The position numbers and the translations under genes were made by a program. A DNA stretch of 64,000 nt, from positions 1-64,000 of the forward strand of contig JAUCBJ010001154.1 in the NCBI GenBank assembly GCA_032718475.1, given 5' to 3'. The DNA is from Nemertoderma westbladi. Taxonomy: Eukaryota > Animalia > Xenacoelomorpha. Positions 37,701 through 55,700 of this stretch are shown here, one piece after another (within the stretch, counting starts at the first letter, position 1; each line of letters begins with the position of its first letter). Under the pieces are notes generated by a model. That model ran no database searches, was not told where the DNA came from, and worked only from the letters and a program-made list of their open reading frames with translations.

Positions 37701-40700
37701 CCGACAGTTAGTGACACAATCACACGTACCCAACAGTTAGTGACACAATTACACGTACCCAATAGTTAGTGACACAATCACACGTACCCAATAGTTAGTG
37801 ACACAATCACACATTTCCAGCAGTTAGTGACACAATCACACGTACCCAATAGTTAGTGACACAATTACACGTACCCAATAGTTAGTGACACAATCACACG
37901 TACCCAATAGTTAGTGACACAATCACACATTTCCAGCAGTTAGTGACACAATCACACGTACCCAATAGTTAGTGGCACAATCACACGTACCCGACAGTTA
38001 GTGACACAATTACACGTACCCAACAGTTAGTGACACAATCACACGCACCCAATAGTTAGTGACACAATCACAAGTACCAACAGTTAGTGACACAATCACA
38101 CGTACCAGCAGTTAGTGACACAATCACACGTACCCAACAGTTAGTGACACAATCACACGCACCCAATAGTTAGTGACACAATCACAAGTACCAACAGTTA
38201 GTGACACAATCACACGTACCAGCAGTTAGTGACACAATCACACGTACCCAACAGTTAGTGACACAATCACACGTACTCAACAGTTAGTGACACAATTACA
38301 CGTACCCAGCAGTTAGTGACACAATCACAAGTACCAACAGTTAGTGACACAATCACACGTACCAGCAGTTAGTGACACAATTACACGTACCCAACAGTTA
38401 GTGACACAATCACACGTAGCCAACAGTTAGTGACACAATCACACGTACCCAACAGTTAGTGACACAATCACAAGTTCCAACAGTTAGTGACACAATCACA
38501 CGTACCAGCAGTTAGTGACACAATCACACGTACCCAACAGTTAGTGACACAATCACAAGTTCCAACAGTTAGTGACACAATCACAAGTACCAACAGTTAG
38601 TGACACAATTACACGTACCCAACAGTTAGTGCCACAATCACAAGTACCAACAGTTAGTGACACAATCACACGTACCCAACAGTTAGTGACACAATCACAC
38701 GTACCCAACAGTTAGTACCACAATCACACGTACCAGCAGTTAGTGGCACAATCACACGTACCAGCAGTTAGTGACACAATCACAAGTACCAATCAGTTAG
38801 TGCCACAATCACAAGTACCAACAGTTAGTGACACAATCACACGTACCAGCAGTTAGTGACACAATCACACGTACCCAACAGTTAGTGACACAATCACACG
38901 TACCCAACAGTTAGTACCACAATCACACGTACCAGCAGTTAGTGACACAATCACACGTACCAGCAGTTAGTGACACAATCACAAGTACCAATCAGTTAGT
39001 GCCACAATCACAAGTACCAACAGTTAGTCACACAATCACAAGTACCAACAGTTAGTGACACAATTACACGTACCCAACAGTTAGTACCACAATCACACGT
39101 ACCAGCAGTTAGTGACACAATCACACGTACCAGCAGTTAGTGACACAATCACAAGTACCAATCAGTTAGTGCCACAATCACAAGTACCAACAGTTAGTCA
39201 CACAATCACACGTACCAGCAGTTAGTGACACAATCACACGTACCCAGCAGTTAGTGACACAATCACACGTACCTGCAGTTAGTGACACAATCACAAGTTC
39301 CAACAGTTAGTGACACAATCACACGTACCAGCAGTTAGTGACACAATCACACGTACCTGCAGTTAGTGACACAATCACAAGTTCCAACAGTTAGTGACAC
39401 AATCACACGTACCCAACAGTTAGTGACACAATTACACGTACCCAATAGATAGTGACACAATTACACGTACCCAATAGTTAGTGACACAATTACACGTACC
39501 CAATAGTTAGTGACACAATCACGCATTTCCAGCAGTTAGTGCCACAATCACACGTAGCCAACAGTTAGTGACATAATCACAAGTAACAATCAGGTAGTGC
39601 CACAATCACAAGTACCAACAGTTAGTGACACAATCACACGTACCAGCAGTTAGTGACACAATCACACGTACCCAACAGTTAGTGACACAATTACACGTAC
39701 CCAACAGTTAGTGACACAATCACACGCACCCAATAGTTAGTGACACAATCACAAGTACCAACAGTTAGTGACACAATCACACGTACCAGCAGTTAGTGAC
39801 ACAATCACACGTACCCAACAGTTAGTGACACAATTACACGTACCCAATAGTTAGTGACACAATCACACGTACCCAATAGTTAGTGACACAATCACACGTA
39901 CCCAATAGTTAGTGACACAATTACACGTACCCAACAGTTAGTGACACAATCACACGCACCCAATAGTTAGTGACACAATCACAAGTACCAACAGTTAGTG
40001 ACACAATCACACGTACCCAACAGTTAGTGACACAATTACACGTACCCAATAGATAGTGACACAATTACACGTACCCAATAGTTAGTGACACAATTACACG
40101 TACCCAATAGTTAGTGACACAATCACACATTTCCAGCAGTTAGTGCCACAATCACACGTACCAGCAGTTAGTGACACAATTACACGTACCCAATAGTTAG
40201 TGACACAATCACACATTTCCAGCAGTTAGTGCCACAATCACACGTACCAGCAGTTAGTGCCACAATTACACGTACCCAATAGATAGTGACACAATTACAC
40301 GTACCCAATAGTTAGTGACACAATTACACGTACCCAATAGTTAGTGACACAATTACACGTACCCAATAGTTAGTGACACAATCACACATTTCCAGCAGTT
40401 AGTGCCACAATCACACGTACCAGCAGTTAGTGCCACAATCACACGTAGCCAATAGATAGTGACACAATTACACGTACCCAATAGTTAGTGACACAATTAC
40501 ACGTACCCAATAGTTAGTGACACTATCACACATTTCCAGCAGTTAGTGCCACAATCACACGTACCAGCAGTTAGTGCCACAATCACACGTAGCCAACAGT
40601 TAGTGACACAATCACACGTACCCAACAGTTAGTGACACAATCACAAGTTCCAACAGTTAGTGACACAATCACACGTACCAGCAGTTAGTGACACAATCAC

Positions 40701-43700
40701 ACGTACCCAACAGTTAGTGACACAATCACAAGTTCCAACAGTTAGTGACACAATCACACGTACCAGCAGTTAGTGACACAATCACACGTACCCAACAGTT
40801 AGTGACACAATTACACGTACCCAATAGATAATGACACAATTACACGTACCCAATAGTTAGTGACACAATCACACGTACCCAATAGTTAGTGACACAATCA
40901 CACATTTCCAGCAGTTAGTGACACAATCACACGTACCCAATAGTTAGTGACACAATTACACGTACCCAATAGTTAGTGACACAATCACACGTACCCAATA
41001 GTTAGTGACACAATCACACATTTCCAGCAGTTAGTGACACAATCACACGCACCCAATAGTTAGTGACACAATCACAAGTACCAACAGTTAGTGACACAAT
41101 CACAAGTACCAACAGTTAGTGCCACAATCACACGTACCAGCAGTTAGTGACACAATCACAAGTACCCAACAGTTAGTGACACAATTACACGTACCCAATA
41201 GTTAGTGACACAATCACACGTACCCAATAGTTAGTGACACAATCACACATTTCCAGCAGTTAGTGACACAATCACACGTACCCAATAGTTAGTGACACAA
41301 TTACACGTACCCAATAGTTAGTGACACAATCACACGTACCCAATAGTTAGTGACACAATCACACATTTCCAGCAGTTAGTGACACAATCACACGTACCCA
41401 ATAGTTAGTGACACAATCACACGTACCCGACAGTTAGTGACACAATTACACGTACCCAACAGTTAGTGACACAATCACACGCACCCAATAGTTAGTGACA
41501 CAATCACAAGTACCAACAGTTAGTGACACAATCACACGTACCAGCAGTTAGTGACACAATCACACGTACCCAACAGTTAGTGACACAATCACACGCACCC
41601 AATAGTTAGTGACACAATCACAAGTACCAACAGTTAGTGACACAATCACACGTACCAGCAGTTAGTGACACAATCACACGTACCCAACAGTTAGTGACAC
41701 AATCACACGTACTCAACAGTTAGTGACACAATTACACGTACCCAGCAGTTAGTGACACAATCACAAGTACCAACAGTTAGTGACACAATCACACGTACCA
41801 GCAGTTAGTGACACAATTACACGTACCCAACAGTTAGTGACACAATCACACGTAGCCAACAGTTAGTGACACAATCACACGTACCCAACAGTTAGTGACA
41901 CAATCACAAGTTCCAACAGTTAGTGACACAATCACACGTACCAGCAGTTAGTGACACAATCACACGTACCCAACAGTTAGTGACACAATCACAAGTTCCA
42001 ACAGTTAGTGACACAATCACACGTACCAGCAGTTAGTGACACAATCACACGTACCCAACAGTTAGTGACACAATTACACGTACCCAATAGATAATGACAC
42101 AATTACACGTACCCAATAGTTAGTGACACAATCACAAGTACCAACAGTTAGTGACACAATCACACGTACCCAACAGTTAGTGACACAATTACACGTACCC
42201 AATAGATAATGACACAATTACACGTACCCAATAGTTAGTGACACAATCACACGTACCCAATAGTTAGTGACACAATCACACATTTCCAGCAGTTAGTGAC
42301 ACAATCACACGTACCCAATAGTTAGTGACACAATTACACGTACCCAATAGTTAGTGACACAATCACACGTACCCAATAGTTAGTGACACAATCACACATT
42401 TCCAGCAGTTAGTGACACAATCACACGTACCCAATAGTTAGTGACACAATCACACGTACCCGACAGTTAGTGACACAATTACACGTACCCAACAGTTAGT
42501 GACACAATCACACGCACCCAATAGTTAGTGACACAATCACAAGTACCAACAGTTAGTGACACAATCACACGTACCAGCAGTTAGTGACACAATCACACGT
42601 ACCCAACAGTTAGTGACACAATCACACGTACTCAACAGTTAGTGACACAATTACACGTACCCAATAGTTAGTGACACAATCACAAGTACCCAATAGTTAG
42701 TGACACAATCACACATTTCCAGCAGTTAGTGACACAATCACACGTACCCAATAGATAATGACACAATTACACGTACCCAATAGTTAGTGACACAATCACA
42801 CGTACCCAATAGTTAGTGACACAATCACACATTTCCAGCAGTTAGTGACACAATCACACGTACCCAATAGTTAGTGACACAATTACACGTACCCAATAGT
42901 TAGTGACACAATCACACGTACCCAATAGTTAGTGACACAATCACACATTTCCAGCAGTTAGTGACACAATCACACGTACCCAATAGTTAGTGACACAATC
43001 ACACGTACCCAATAGTTAGTGACACAATCACACGCACCCAATAGTTAGTGACACAATCACAAGTACCCAATAGTTAGTGACACAATCACACGTACCCAAC
43101 AGTTAGTGACACAATCACAAGTTCCAACAGTTAGTGACACAATCACACGTACCAGCACTTAGTGACACAATCACACGTACCCAACAGTTAGTGACACAAT
43201 TACACGTACCCAATAGATAATGACACAATTACACGTACCCAATAGTTAGTGACACAATCACACGTACCCAATAGTTAGTGACACAATCACACATTTCCAG
43301 CAGTTAGTGACACAATCACACGTACCCAATAGATAATGACACAATTACACGTACCCAATAGTTAGTGACACAATCACACGTACCCAATAGTTAGTGACAC
43401 AATCACACATTTCCAGCAGTTAGTGACACAATCACACGTACCCAATAGTTAGTGACACAATCACACGTACCCGACAGTTAGTGACACAATCACAAGTTCC
43501 AACAGTTAGTGACACAATCACACGTACCCAACAGTTAGTGACACAATCACAAGTTCCAACAGTTAGTGACACAATCACACGTACCAGCAGTTAGTGACAC
43601 AATCACACGTACCCAACAGTTAGTGACACAATTACACGTACCCAATAGATAATGACACAATTACACGTACCCAATAGTTAGTGACACAATCACACGTACC

Positions 43701-46700
43701 CAATAGTTAGTGACACAATCACACATTTCCAGCAGTTAGTGACACAATCACACGTACCCAATAGTTAGTGACACAATTACACGTACCCAATAGTTAGTGA
43801 CACAATCACACGTACCCAATAGTTAGTGACACAATCACACATTTCCAGCAGTTAGTGACACAATCACACGTACCCAATAGTTAGTGACACAATCACACGT
43901 ACCCGACAGTTAGTGACACAATTACATGTACCCAACAGTTAGTGACACAATCACACGCACCCAATAGTTAGTGACACAATCACAAGTACCAACAGTTAGT
44001 GACACAATCACAAGTTCCAACAGTTAGTGACACAATCACACGTACCAGCAGTTAGTGACACAATCACACGTACCCAACAGTTAGTGACACAATTACACGT
44101 ACCCAATAGATAATGACACAATTACACGTACCCAATAGTTAGTGACACAATCACACGTACCCAATAGTTAGTGACACAATCACACATTTCCAGCAGTTAG
44201 TGACACAATCACACGTACCCAATAGTTAGTGACACAATTACACGTACCCAATAGTTAGTGACACAATCACACGTACCCAATAGTTAGTGACACAATCACA
44301 CATTTCCAGCAGTTAGTGACACAATCACACGTACCCAATAGTTAGTGACACAATCACACGTACCCGACAGTTAGTGACACAATTACACGTACCCAACAGT
44401 TAGTGACACAATTACACGTACCCAACAGTTAGTGACACAATCACACGCACCCAATAGTTAGTGACACAATCACAAGTACCAACAGTTAGTGACACAATCA
44501 CACGTACCAGCAGTTAGTGACACAATCACACGTACCCAACAGTTAGTGACACAATTACACGTACCCAATAGTTAGTGACACAATCACACGTACCCAATAG
44601 TTAGTGACACAATCACACGTACCCAATAGTTAGTGACACAATTACACGTACCCAACAGTTAGTGACACAATCACACGCACCCAATAGTTAGTGACACAAT
44701 CACAAGTACCAACAGTTAGTGACACAATCACACGTACCCAACAGTTAGTGACACAATTACACGTACCCAATAGATAGTGACACAATTACACGTACCCAAT
44801 AGTTAGTGACACAATTACACGTACCCAATAGTTAGTGACACAATCACACATTTCCAGCAGTTAGTGCCACAATCACACGTACCAGCAGTTAGTGACACAA
44901 TTACACGTACCCAATAGTTAGTGACACAATCACACATTTCCAGCAGTTAGTGCCACAATCACACGTACCAGCAGTTAGTGCCACAATTACACGTACCCAA
45001 TAGATAGTGACACAATTACACGTACCCAATAGTTAGTGACACAATTACACGTACCCAATAGTTAGTGACACAATTACACGTACCCAATAGTTAGTGACAC
45101 AATCACACATTTCCAGCAGTTAGTGCCACAATCACACGTACCAGCAGTTAGTGCCACAATCACACGTAGCCAATAGATAGTGACACAATTACACGTACCC
45201 AATAGTTAGTGACACAATTACACGTACCCAATAGTTAGTGACACTATCACACATTTCCAGCAGTTAGTGCCACAATCACACGTACCAGCAGTTAGTGCCA
45301 CAATCACACGTAGCCAACAGTTAGTGACACAATCACACGTACCCAACAGTTAGTGACACAATCACAAGTTCCAACAGTTAGTGACACAATCACACGTACC
45401 AGCAGTTAGTGACACAATCACACGTACCCAACAGTTAGTGACACAATCACAAGTTCCAACAGTTAGTGACACAATCACACGTACCAGCAGTTAGTGACAC
45501 AATCACACGTACCCAACAGTTAGTGACACAATTACACGTACCCAATAGATAATGACACAATTACACGTACCCAATAGTTAGTGACACAATCACACGTACC
45601 CAATAGTTAGTGACACAATCACACATTTCCAGCAGTTAGTGACACAATCACACGTACCCAATAGTTAGTGACACAATTACACGTACCCAATAGTTAGTGA
45701 CACAATCACACGTACCCAATAGTTAGTGACACAATCACACATTTCCAGCAGTTAGTGACACAATCACACGCACCCAATAGTTAGTGACACAATCACAAGT
45801 ACCAACAGTTAGTGACACAATCACAAGTACCAACAGTTAGTGCCACAATCACACGTACCAGCAGTTAGTGACACAATCACAAGTACCCAACAGTTAGTGA
45901 CACAATTACACGTACCCAATAGTTAGTGACACAATCACACGTACCCAATAGTTAGTGACACAATCACACATTTCCAGCAGTTAGTGACACAATCACACGT
46001 ACCCAATAGTTAGTGACACAATTACACGTACCCAATAGTTAGTGACACAATCACACGTACCCAATAGTTAGTGACACAATCACACATTTCCAGCAGTTAG
46101 TGACACAATCACACGTACCCAATAGTTAGTGACACAATCACACGTACCCGACAGTTAGTGACACAATTACACGTACCCAACAGTTAGTGACACAATCACA
46201 CGCACCCAATAGTTAGTGACACAATCACAAGTACCAACAGTTAGTGACACAATCACACGTACCAGCAGTTAGTGACACAATCACACGTACCCAACAGTTA
46301 GTGACACAATCACACGCACCCAATAGTTAGTGACACAATCACAAGTACCAACAGTTAGTGACACAATCACACGTACCAGCAGTTAGTGACACAATCACAC
46401 GTACCCAACAGTTAGTGACACAATCACACGTACTCAACAGTTAGTGACACAATTACACGTACCCAGCAGTTAGTGACACAATCACAAGTACCAACAGTTA
46501 GTGACACAATCACACGTACCAGCAGTTAGTGACACAATTACACGTACCCAACAGTTAGTGACACAATCACACGTAGCCAACAGTTAGTGACACAATCACA
46601 CGTACCCAACAGTTAGTGACACAATCACAAGTTCCAACAGTTAGTGACACAATCACACGTACCAGCAGTTAGTGACACAATCACACGTACCCAACAGTTA

Positions 46701-49700
46701 GTGACACAATCACAAGTTCCAACAGTTAGTGACACAATCACACGTACCAGCAGTTAGTGACACAATCACACGTACCCAACAGTTAGTGACACAATTACAC
46801 GTACCCAATAGATAATGACACAATTACACGTACCCAATAGTTAGTGACACAATCACAAGTACCAACAGTTAGTGACACAATCACACGTACCCAACAGTTA
46901 GTGACACAATTACACGTACCCAATAGATAATGACACAATTACACGTACCCAATAGTTAGTGACACAATCACACGTACCCAATAGTTAGTGACACAATCAC
47001 ACATTTCCAGCAGTTAGTGACACAATCACACGTACCCAATAGTTAGTGACACAATTACACGTACCCAATAGTTAGTGACACAATCACACGTACCCAATAG
47101 TTAGTGACACAATCACACATTTCCAGCAGTTAGTGACACAATCACACGTACCCAATAGTTAGTGACACAATCACACGTACCCGACAGTTAGTGACACAAT
47201 TACACGTACCCAACAGTTAGTGACACAATCACACGCACCCAATAGTTAGTGACACAATCACAAGTACCAACAGTTAGTGACACAATCACACGTACCAGCA
47301 GTTAGTGACACAATCACACGTACCCAACAGTTAGTGACACAATCACACGTACTCAACAGTTAGTGACACAATTACACGTACCCAATAGTTAGTGACACAA
47401 TCACAAGTACCCAATAGTTAGTGACACAATCACACATTTCCAGCAGTTAGTGACACAATCACACGTACCCAATAGATAATGACACAATTACACGTACCCA
47501 ATAGTTAGTGACACAATCACACGTACCCAATAGTTAGTGACACAATCACACATTTCCAGCAGTTAGTGACACAATCACACGTACCCAATAGTTAGTGACA
47601 CAATTACACGTACCCAATAGTTAGTGACACAATCACACGTACCCAATAGTTAGTGACACAATCACACATTTCCAGCAGTTAGTGACACAATCACACGTAC
47701 CCAATAGTTAGTGACACAATCACACGTACCCGACAGTTAGTGACACAATCACAAGTTCCAACAGTTAGTGACACAATCACACGTACCCAACAGTTAGTGA
47801 CACAATCACAAGTTCCAACAGTTAGTGACACAATCACACGTACCAGCAGTTAGTGACACAATCACACGTACCCAACAGTTAGTGACACAATTACACGTAC
47901 CCAATAGATAATGACACAATTACACGTACCCAATAGTTAGTGACACAATCACACGTACCCAATAGTTAGTGACACAATCACACATTTCCATCAGTTAGTG
48001 ACACAATCACACGTACCCAATAGTTAGTGACACAATTACACGTACCCAATAGTTAGTGACACAATCACACGTACCCAATAGTTAGTGACACAATCACACA
48101 TTTCCAGCAGTTAGTGACACAATCACACGTACCCAATAGTTAGTGACACAATCACACGTACCCGACAGTTAGTGACACAATTACACGTACCCAACAGTTA
48201 GTGACACAATCACACGCACCCAATAGTTAGTGACACAATCACAAGTACCCAATAGTTAGTGACACAATCACACGTACCCAACAGTTAGTGACACAATCAC
48301 AAGTTCCAACAGTTAGTGACACAATCACACGTACCAGCAGTTAGTGACACAATCACACGTACCCAACAGTTAGTGACACAATTACACGTACCCAATAGAT
48401 AATGACACAATTACACGTACCCAATAGTTAGTGACACAATCACACGTACCCAATAGTTAGTGACACAATCACACATTTCCAGCAGTTAGTGACACAATCA
48501 CACGTACCCAATAGATAATGACACAATTACACGTACCCAATAGTTAGTGACACAATCACACGTACCCAATAGTTAGTGACACAATCACACATTTCCAGCA
48601 GTTAGTGACACAATCACACGTACCCAATAGTTAGTGACACAATCACACGTACCCGACAGTTAGTGACACAATCACAAGTTCCAACAGTTAGTGACACAAT
48701 CACACGTACCCAACAGTTAGTGACACAATCACAAGTTCCAACAGTTAGTGACACAATCACACGTACCAGCAGTTAGTGACACAATCACACGTACCCAACA
48801 GTTAGTGACACAATTACACGTACCCAATAGATAATGACACAATTACACGTACCCAATAGTTAGTGACACAATCACACGTACCCAATAGTTAGTGACACAA
48901 TCACACATTTCCAGCAGTTAGTGACACAATCACACGTACCCAATAGTTAGTGACACAATTACACGTACCCAATAGTTAGTGACACAATCACACGTACCCA
49001 ATAGTTAGTGACACAATCACACATTTCCAGCAGTTAGTGACACAATCACACGTACCCAATAGTTAGTGACACAATCACACGTACCCGACAGTTAGTGACA
49101 CAATTACATGTACCCAACAGTTAGTGACACAATCACACGCACCCAATAGTTAGTGACACAATCACAAGTACCAACAGTTAGTGACACAATCACAAGTTCC
49201 AACAGTTAGTGACACAATCACACGTACCAGCAGTTAGTGACACAATCACACGTACCCAACAGTTAGTGACACAATTACACGTACCCAATAGATAATGACA
49301 CAATTACACGTACCCAATAGTTAGTGACACAATCACACGTACCCAATAGTTAGTGACACAATCACACATTTCCAGCAGTTAGTGACACAATCACACGTAC
49401 CCAATAGTTAGTGACACAATTACACGTACCCAATAGTTAGTGACACAATCACACGTACCCAATAGTTAGTGACACAATCACACATTTCCAGCAGTTAGTG
49501 ACACAATCACACGTACCCAATAGTTAGTGACACAATCACACGTACCCGACAGTTAGTGACACAATTACACGTACCCAACAGTTAGTGACACAATCACACG
49601 CACCCAATAGTTAGTGACACAATCACAAGTACCAACAGTTAGTGACACAATCACACGTACCAGCAGTTAGTGACACAATCACACGTACCCAACAGTTAGT

Positions 49701-52700
49701 GACACAATCACACGTACTCAACAGTTAGTGACACAATTACACGTACCCAGCAGTTAGTGACACAATCACAAGTACCAACAGTTAGTGACACAATCACACG
49801 TACCAGCAGTTAGTGACACAATTACACGTACCCAACAGTTAGTGACACAATCACACGTAGCCAACAGTTAGTGACACAATCACACGTACCCAACAGTTAG
49901 TGACACAATCACAAGTTCCAACAGTTAGTGACACAATCACACGTACCAGCAGTTAGTGACACAATCACACGTACCCAACAGTTAGTGACACAATCACAAG
50001 TTCCAACAGTTAGTGACACAATCACACGTACCAGCAGTTAGTGACACAATCACATGTACCCAACAGTTAGTGACACAATTACACGTACCCAATAGATAAT
50101 GACACAATTACACGTACCCAATAGTTAGTGACACAATCACACGTACCCAATAGTTAGTGACACAATCACACATTTCCAGCAGTTAGTGACACAATCACAC
50201 GTACCCAATAGTTAGTGACACAATTACACGTACCCAATAGTTAGTGACACAATCACACGTACCCAATAGTTAGTGACACAATCACACATTTCCAGCAGTT
50301 AGTGACACAATCACACGCACCCAATAGTTAGTGACACAATCACAAGTACCAACAGTTAGTGACACAATCACACGTACCAGCAGTTAGTGACACAATCACA
50401 CGTACCAGCAGTTAGTGACACAATCACACGTAGCCAACAGTTATTTACACAATCACAAGTAACAATCAGTTAGTGCCACAATCACAAGTACCAACAGTTA
50501 GTGACACAATCACACGTACCCGACAGTTAGTGACACAATTACACGTACCCAACAGTTAGTGACACAATCACACGCACCCAATAGTTAGTGACACAATCAC
50601 AAGTACCAACAGTTAGTGACACAATCACACGTACCAGCAGTTAGTGACACAATCACACGTACCCAACAGTTAGTGACACAATCACACGTACTCAACAGTT
50701 AGTGACACAATTACACGTACCCAGCAGTTAGTGACACAATCACAAGTACCAACAGTTAGTGACACAATCACACGTACCAGCAGTTAGTGACACAATTACA
50801 CGTACCCAACAGTTAGTGACACAATCACACGTACCCAACAGTTAGTGACACAATTACACGTACCCAACAGTTAGTGACACAATCACACGTACCCAACAGT
50901 TAGTGACACAATCACACGTACCCAACAGTTAGTGACACAATCTACACACCCAGCAGTTAGTGACACAATCACACGCACCCAACAGTTAGTGACACAATTA
51001 CACGTACCCAATAGTTAGTGACACAATCACACGTACCCAACAGTTAGTGACACAATCACACGTACCCAACAGATAGTGACACAATTACACGTACCCAATA
51101 GTTAGTGACACAATCACAAGTACCAACAGTTAGTGACACAATTACACGTACCCAACAGTTAGTGACACAATCACACGTACCCAACAGTTAGTGACACAAT
51201 CACACGTACCCAACAGTTAGTGACACAATCTACACACCCAGCAGTTAGTGACACAATCACACGCACCCAACAGTTAGTGACACAATTACACGTACCCAAT
51301 AGTTAGTGAACAATCACAAGTACCCAGCAGTTAGTGACACAATCACACGTACCCAACAGTTAGTGACACAATTACACGTACCCAATAGTTAGTGACACAA
51401 TCACACGTACCCAATAGTTAGTGACACAATCACAAGTACCCAGCAGTTAGTGCCACAATCACACGTACCCAACAGTTAGTGACACAATCACACGTACCCA
51501 ATAGTTAGTGACACAATCACAAGTACCAACAGTTAGTGACACAATTACACGTACCCAACAGTTAGTGCCACAATCACAAGTACCAACAGTTAGTGACACA
51601 ATCACACGTACCCAACAGTTAGTGACACAATCACACGTACCCAACAGTTAGTACCACAATCACACGTACCAGCAGTTAGTGACACAATCACACGTACCAG
51701 CAGTTAGTGACACAATCACAAGTACCAATCAGTTAGTGCCACAATCACAAGTACCAACAGTTAGTGACACAATCACACGTACCAGCAGTTAGTGACACAA
51801 TCACACGTACCCAACAGTTAGTGACACAATCACACGTACCCAACAGTTAGTACCACAATCACACGTACCAGCAGTTAGTGACACAATCACACGTACCAGC
51901 AGTTAGTGACACAATCACAAGTACCAATCAGTTAGTGCCACAATCACAAGTACCAACAGTTAGTCACACAATCACACGTACCAGCAGTTAGTGACACAAT
52001 CACACGTACCTGCAGTTAGTGACACAATCACAAGTTCCAACAGTTAGTGACACAATCACACGTACCCAACAGTTAGTGACACAATTACACGTACCCAATA
52101 GATAGTGACACAATTACACGTACCCAATAGTTAGTGACACAATTACACGTACCCAATAGTTAGTGACACAATCACACATTTCCAGCAGTTAGTGCCACAA
52201 TCACACGTAGCCAACAGTTAGTGACATAATCACAAGTAACAATCAGGTAGTGCCACAATCACAAGTACCAACAGTTAGTGACACAATCACACGTACCAGC
52301 AGTTAGTGACACAATCACACGTACCCAACAGTTAGTGACACAATTACACGTACCCAACAGTTAGTGACACAATCACACGCACCCAATAGTTAGTGACACA
52401 ATCACAAGTACCAACAGTTAGTGACACAATCACACGTACCAGCAGTTAGTGACACAATCACACGTACCCAACAGTTAGTGACACAATTACACGTACCCAA
52501 TAGTTAGTGACACAATCACACGTACCCAATAGTTAGTGACACAATCACACGTACCCAATAGTTAGTGACACAATTACACGTACCCAACAGTTAGTGACAC
52601 AATCACACGCACCCAATAGTTAGTGACACAATCACAAGTACCAACAGTTAGTGACACAATCACACGTACCCAACAGTTAGTGACACAATTACACGTACCC

Positions 52701-55700
52701 AATAGATAGTGACACAATTACACGTACCCAATAGTTAGTGACACAATTACACGTACCCAATAGTTAGTGACACAATCACACATTTCCAGCAGTTAGTGCC
52801 ACAATCACACGTACCAGCAGTTAGTGACACAATTACACGTACCCAATAGTTAGTGACACAATCACACGTACCCAACAGTTAGTGACACAATTACACGTAC
52901 CCAACAGTTAGTGACACAATCACACGTACCCAACAGTTAGTGACACAATCACACGTACCCAATAGTTAGTGACACAATTACACGTACCCAATAGTTAGTG
53001 ACACAATCACACATTTCCAGCAGTTAGTGCCACAATCACACGTACCAGCAGTTAGTGCCACAATTACACGTACCCAATAGATAGTGACACAATTACACGT
53101 ACCCAATAGTTAGTGACACAATTACACGTACCCAATAGTTAGTGACAAAATTACACGTACCCAATAGTTAGTGACACAATCACACATTTCCAGCAGTTAG
53201 TGCCACAATCACACGTACCAGCAGTTAGTGCCACAATCACACGTAGCCAATAGATAGTGACACAATTACACGTACCCAATAGTTAGTGACACAATTACAC
53301 GTACCCAATAGTTAGTGACACTATCACACATTTCCAGCAGTTAGTGCCACAATCACACGTACCAGCAGTTAGTGCCACAATCACACGTAGCCAACAGTTA
53401 GTGACACAATCACACGTACCCAACAGTTAGTGACACAATCACAAGTTCCAACAGTTAGTGACACAATCACACGTACCAGCAGTTAGTGACACAATCACAC
53501 GTACCCAACAGTTAGTGACACAATCACAAGTTCCAACAGTTAGTGACACAATCACACGTACCAGCAGTTAGTGACACAATCACACGTACCCAACAGTTAG
53601 TGACACAATTACACGTACCCAATAGATAATGACACAATTACACGTACCCAATAGTTAGTGACACAATCACACGTACCCAATAGTTAGTGACACAATCACA
53701 CATTTCCAGCAGTTAGTGCCACAATCACACGTAGCCAACAGTTATTTACACAATCACAAGTAACAATCAGTTAGTGCCACAATCACACGTACCCGACAGT
53801 TAGTGACACAATCACACGCACCCAATAGTTAGTGACACAATCACACGTACCCGACAGTTAGTGACACAATCACAAGTACCAACAGTTAGTGACACAATCA
53901 CACGTACCCGACAGTTAGTGCCACAATCACACGCACCCAATAGTTAGTGACACAATCACAAGTACCAACAGTTAGTGACACAATCACACGTACCCGACAG
54001 TTAGTGACACAATTACACGTACCCAACAGTTAGTGACACAATCACACGCACCCAATAGTTAGTGACACAATCACAAGTACCAACAGTTAGTGACACAATC
54101 ACACGTACCAGCAGTTAGTGACACAATCACACGTACCAGCAGTTAGTGACACAATCACACGTACCAGCAGTTAGTGACACAATCACACGTACCCAACAGT
54201 TAGTGACACAATCACACGTACTCAACAGTTAGTGACACAATTACACGTACCCAGCAGTTAGTGACACAATCACAAGTACCAACAGTTAGTGACACAATCA
54301 CACGTACCAGCAGTTAGTGACACAATTACACGTACCCAACAGTTAGTGACACAATCACACGTACCCAACAGTTAGTGACACAATTACACGTACCCAACAG
54401 TTAGTGACACAATCACACGTACCCAACAGTTAGTGACACAATCACACGTACCCAACAGTTAGTGACACAATCTACACACCCAGCAGTTAGTGACACAATC
54501 ACACGCACCCAACAGTTAGTGACACAATTACACGTACCCAATAGTTAGTGACACAATCACACGTACCCAACAGTTAGTGACACAATCACACGTACCCAAC
54601 AGATAGTGACACAATTACACGTACCCAATAGTTAGTGACACAATCACAAGTACCAACAGTTAGTGACACAATTACACGTACCCAACAGTTAGTGACACAA
54701 TCACACGTACCCAACAGTTAGTGACACAATCACACGTACCCAACAGTTAGTGACACAATCTACACACCCAGCAGTTAGTGACACAATCACACGCACCCAA
54801 CAGTTAGTGACACAATTACACGTACCCAATAGTTAGTGACACAATCACACGTACCCAGCAGTTAGTGACACAATCACACGTACCCAACAGTTAGTGACAC
54901 AATCACACGTACCCAACAGATAGTGACACAATTACACGTACCCAATAGTTAGTGACACAATCACAAGTACCAACAGTTAGTGACACAATCACACGTACCA
55001 GCAGTTAGTGACACAATCACACGTACCCAACAGTTAGTGACACAATCACACGTACCCAACAGTTAGTGACACAATCACACGTACCCAACAGATAGTGACA
55101 CAATTACACGTACCCAATAGTTAGTGACACAATCACAAGTACCAACAGTTAGTGACACAATCACACGTACCAGCAGTTAGTGACACAATCACACGTACCC
55201 AGCAGTTAGTGACACAATCACACGTACCCAACAGTTAGTGACACAATCACACGTACCCAACAGATAGTGACACAATTACACGTACCCAATAGTTAGTGAC
55301 ACAATCACAAGTACCAACAGTTAGTGACACAATCACACGTACCAGCAGTTAGTGACACAATCACACGTACCCAACAGTTAGTGACACAATCACACGTACC
55401 CAACAGTTAGTGACACAATCACACGTACCCAACAGATAGTGACACAATTACACGTACCCAATAGTTAGTGACACAATCACACGTACCCAGCAGTTAGTGA
55501 CACAATCACACGTACCCAACAGTTAGTGACACAATCACACGTACCAGCAGTTAGTGACACAATCACACGTACCCAACAGTTAGTGACACAATCACACGTA
55601 CCCGATAGTTAGTGACACAATCACACGTACCCAATAGTTAATGACACAATCACACATTTCCAGCAGTTAGTGACACAATCACACATTTCCAGCAGTTAGT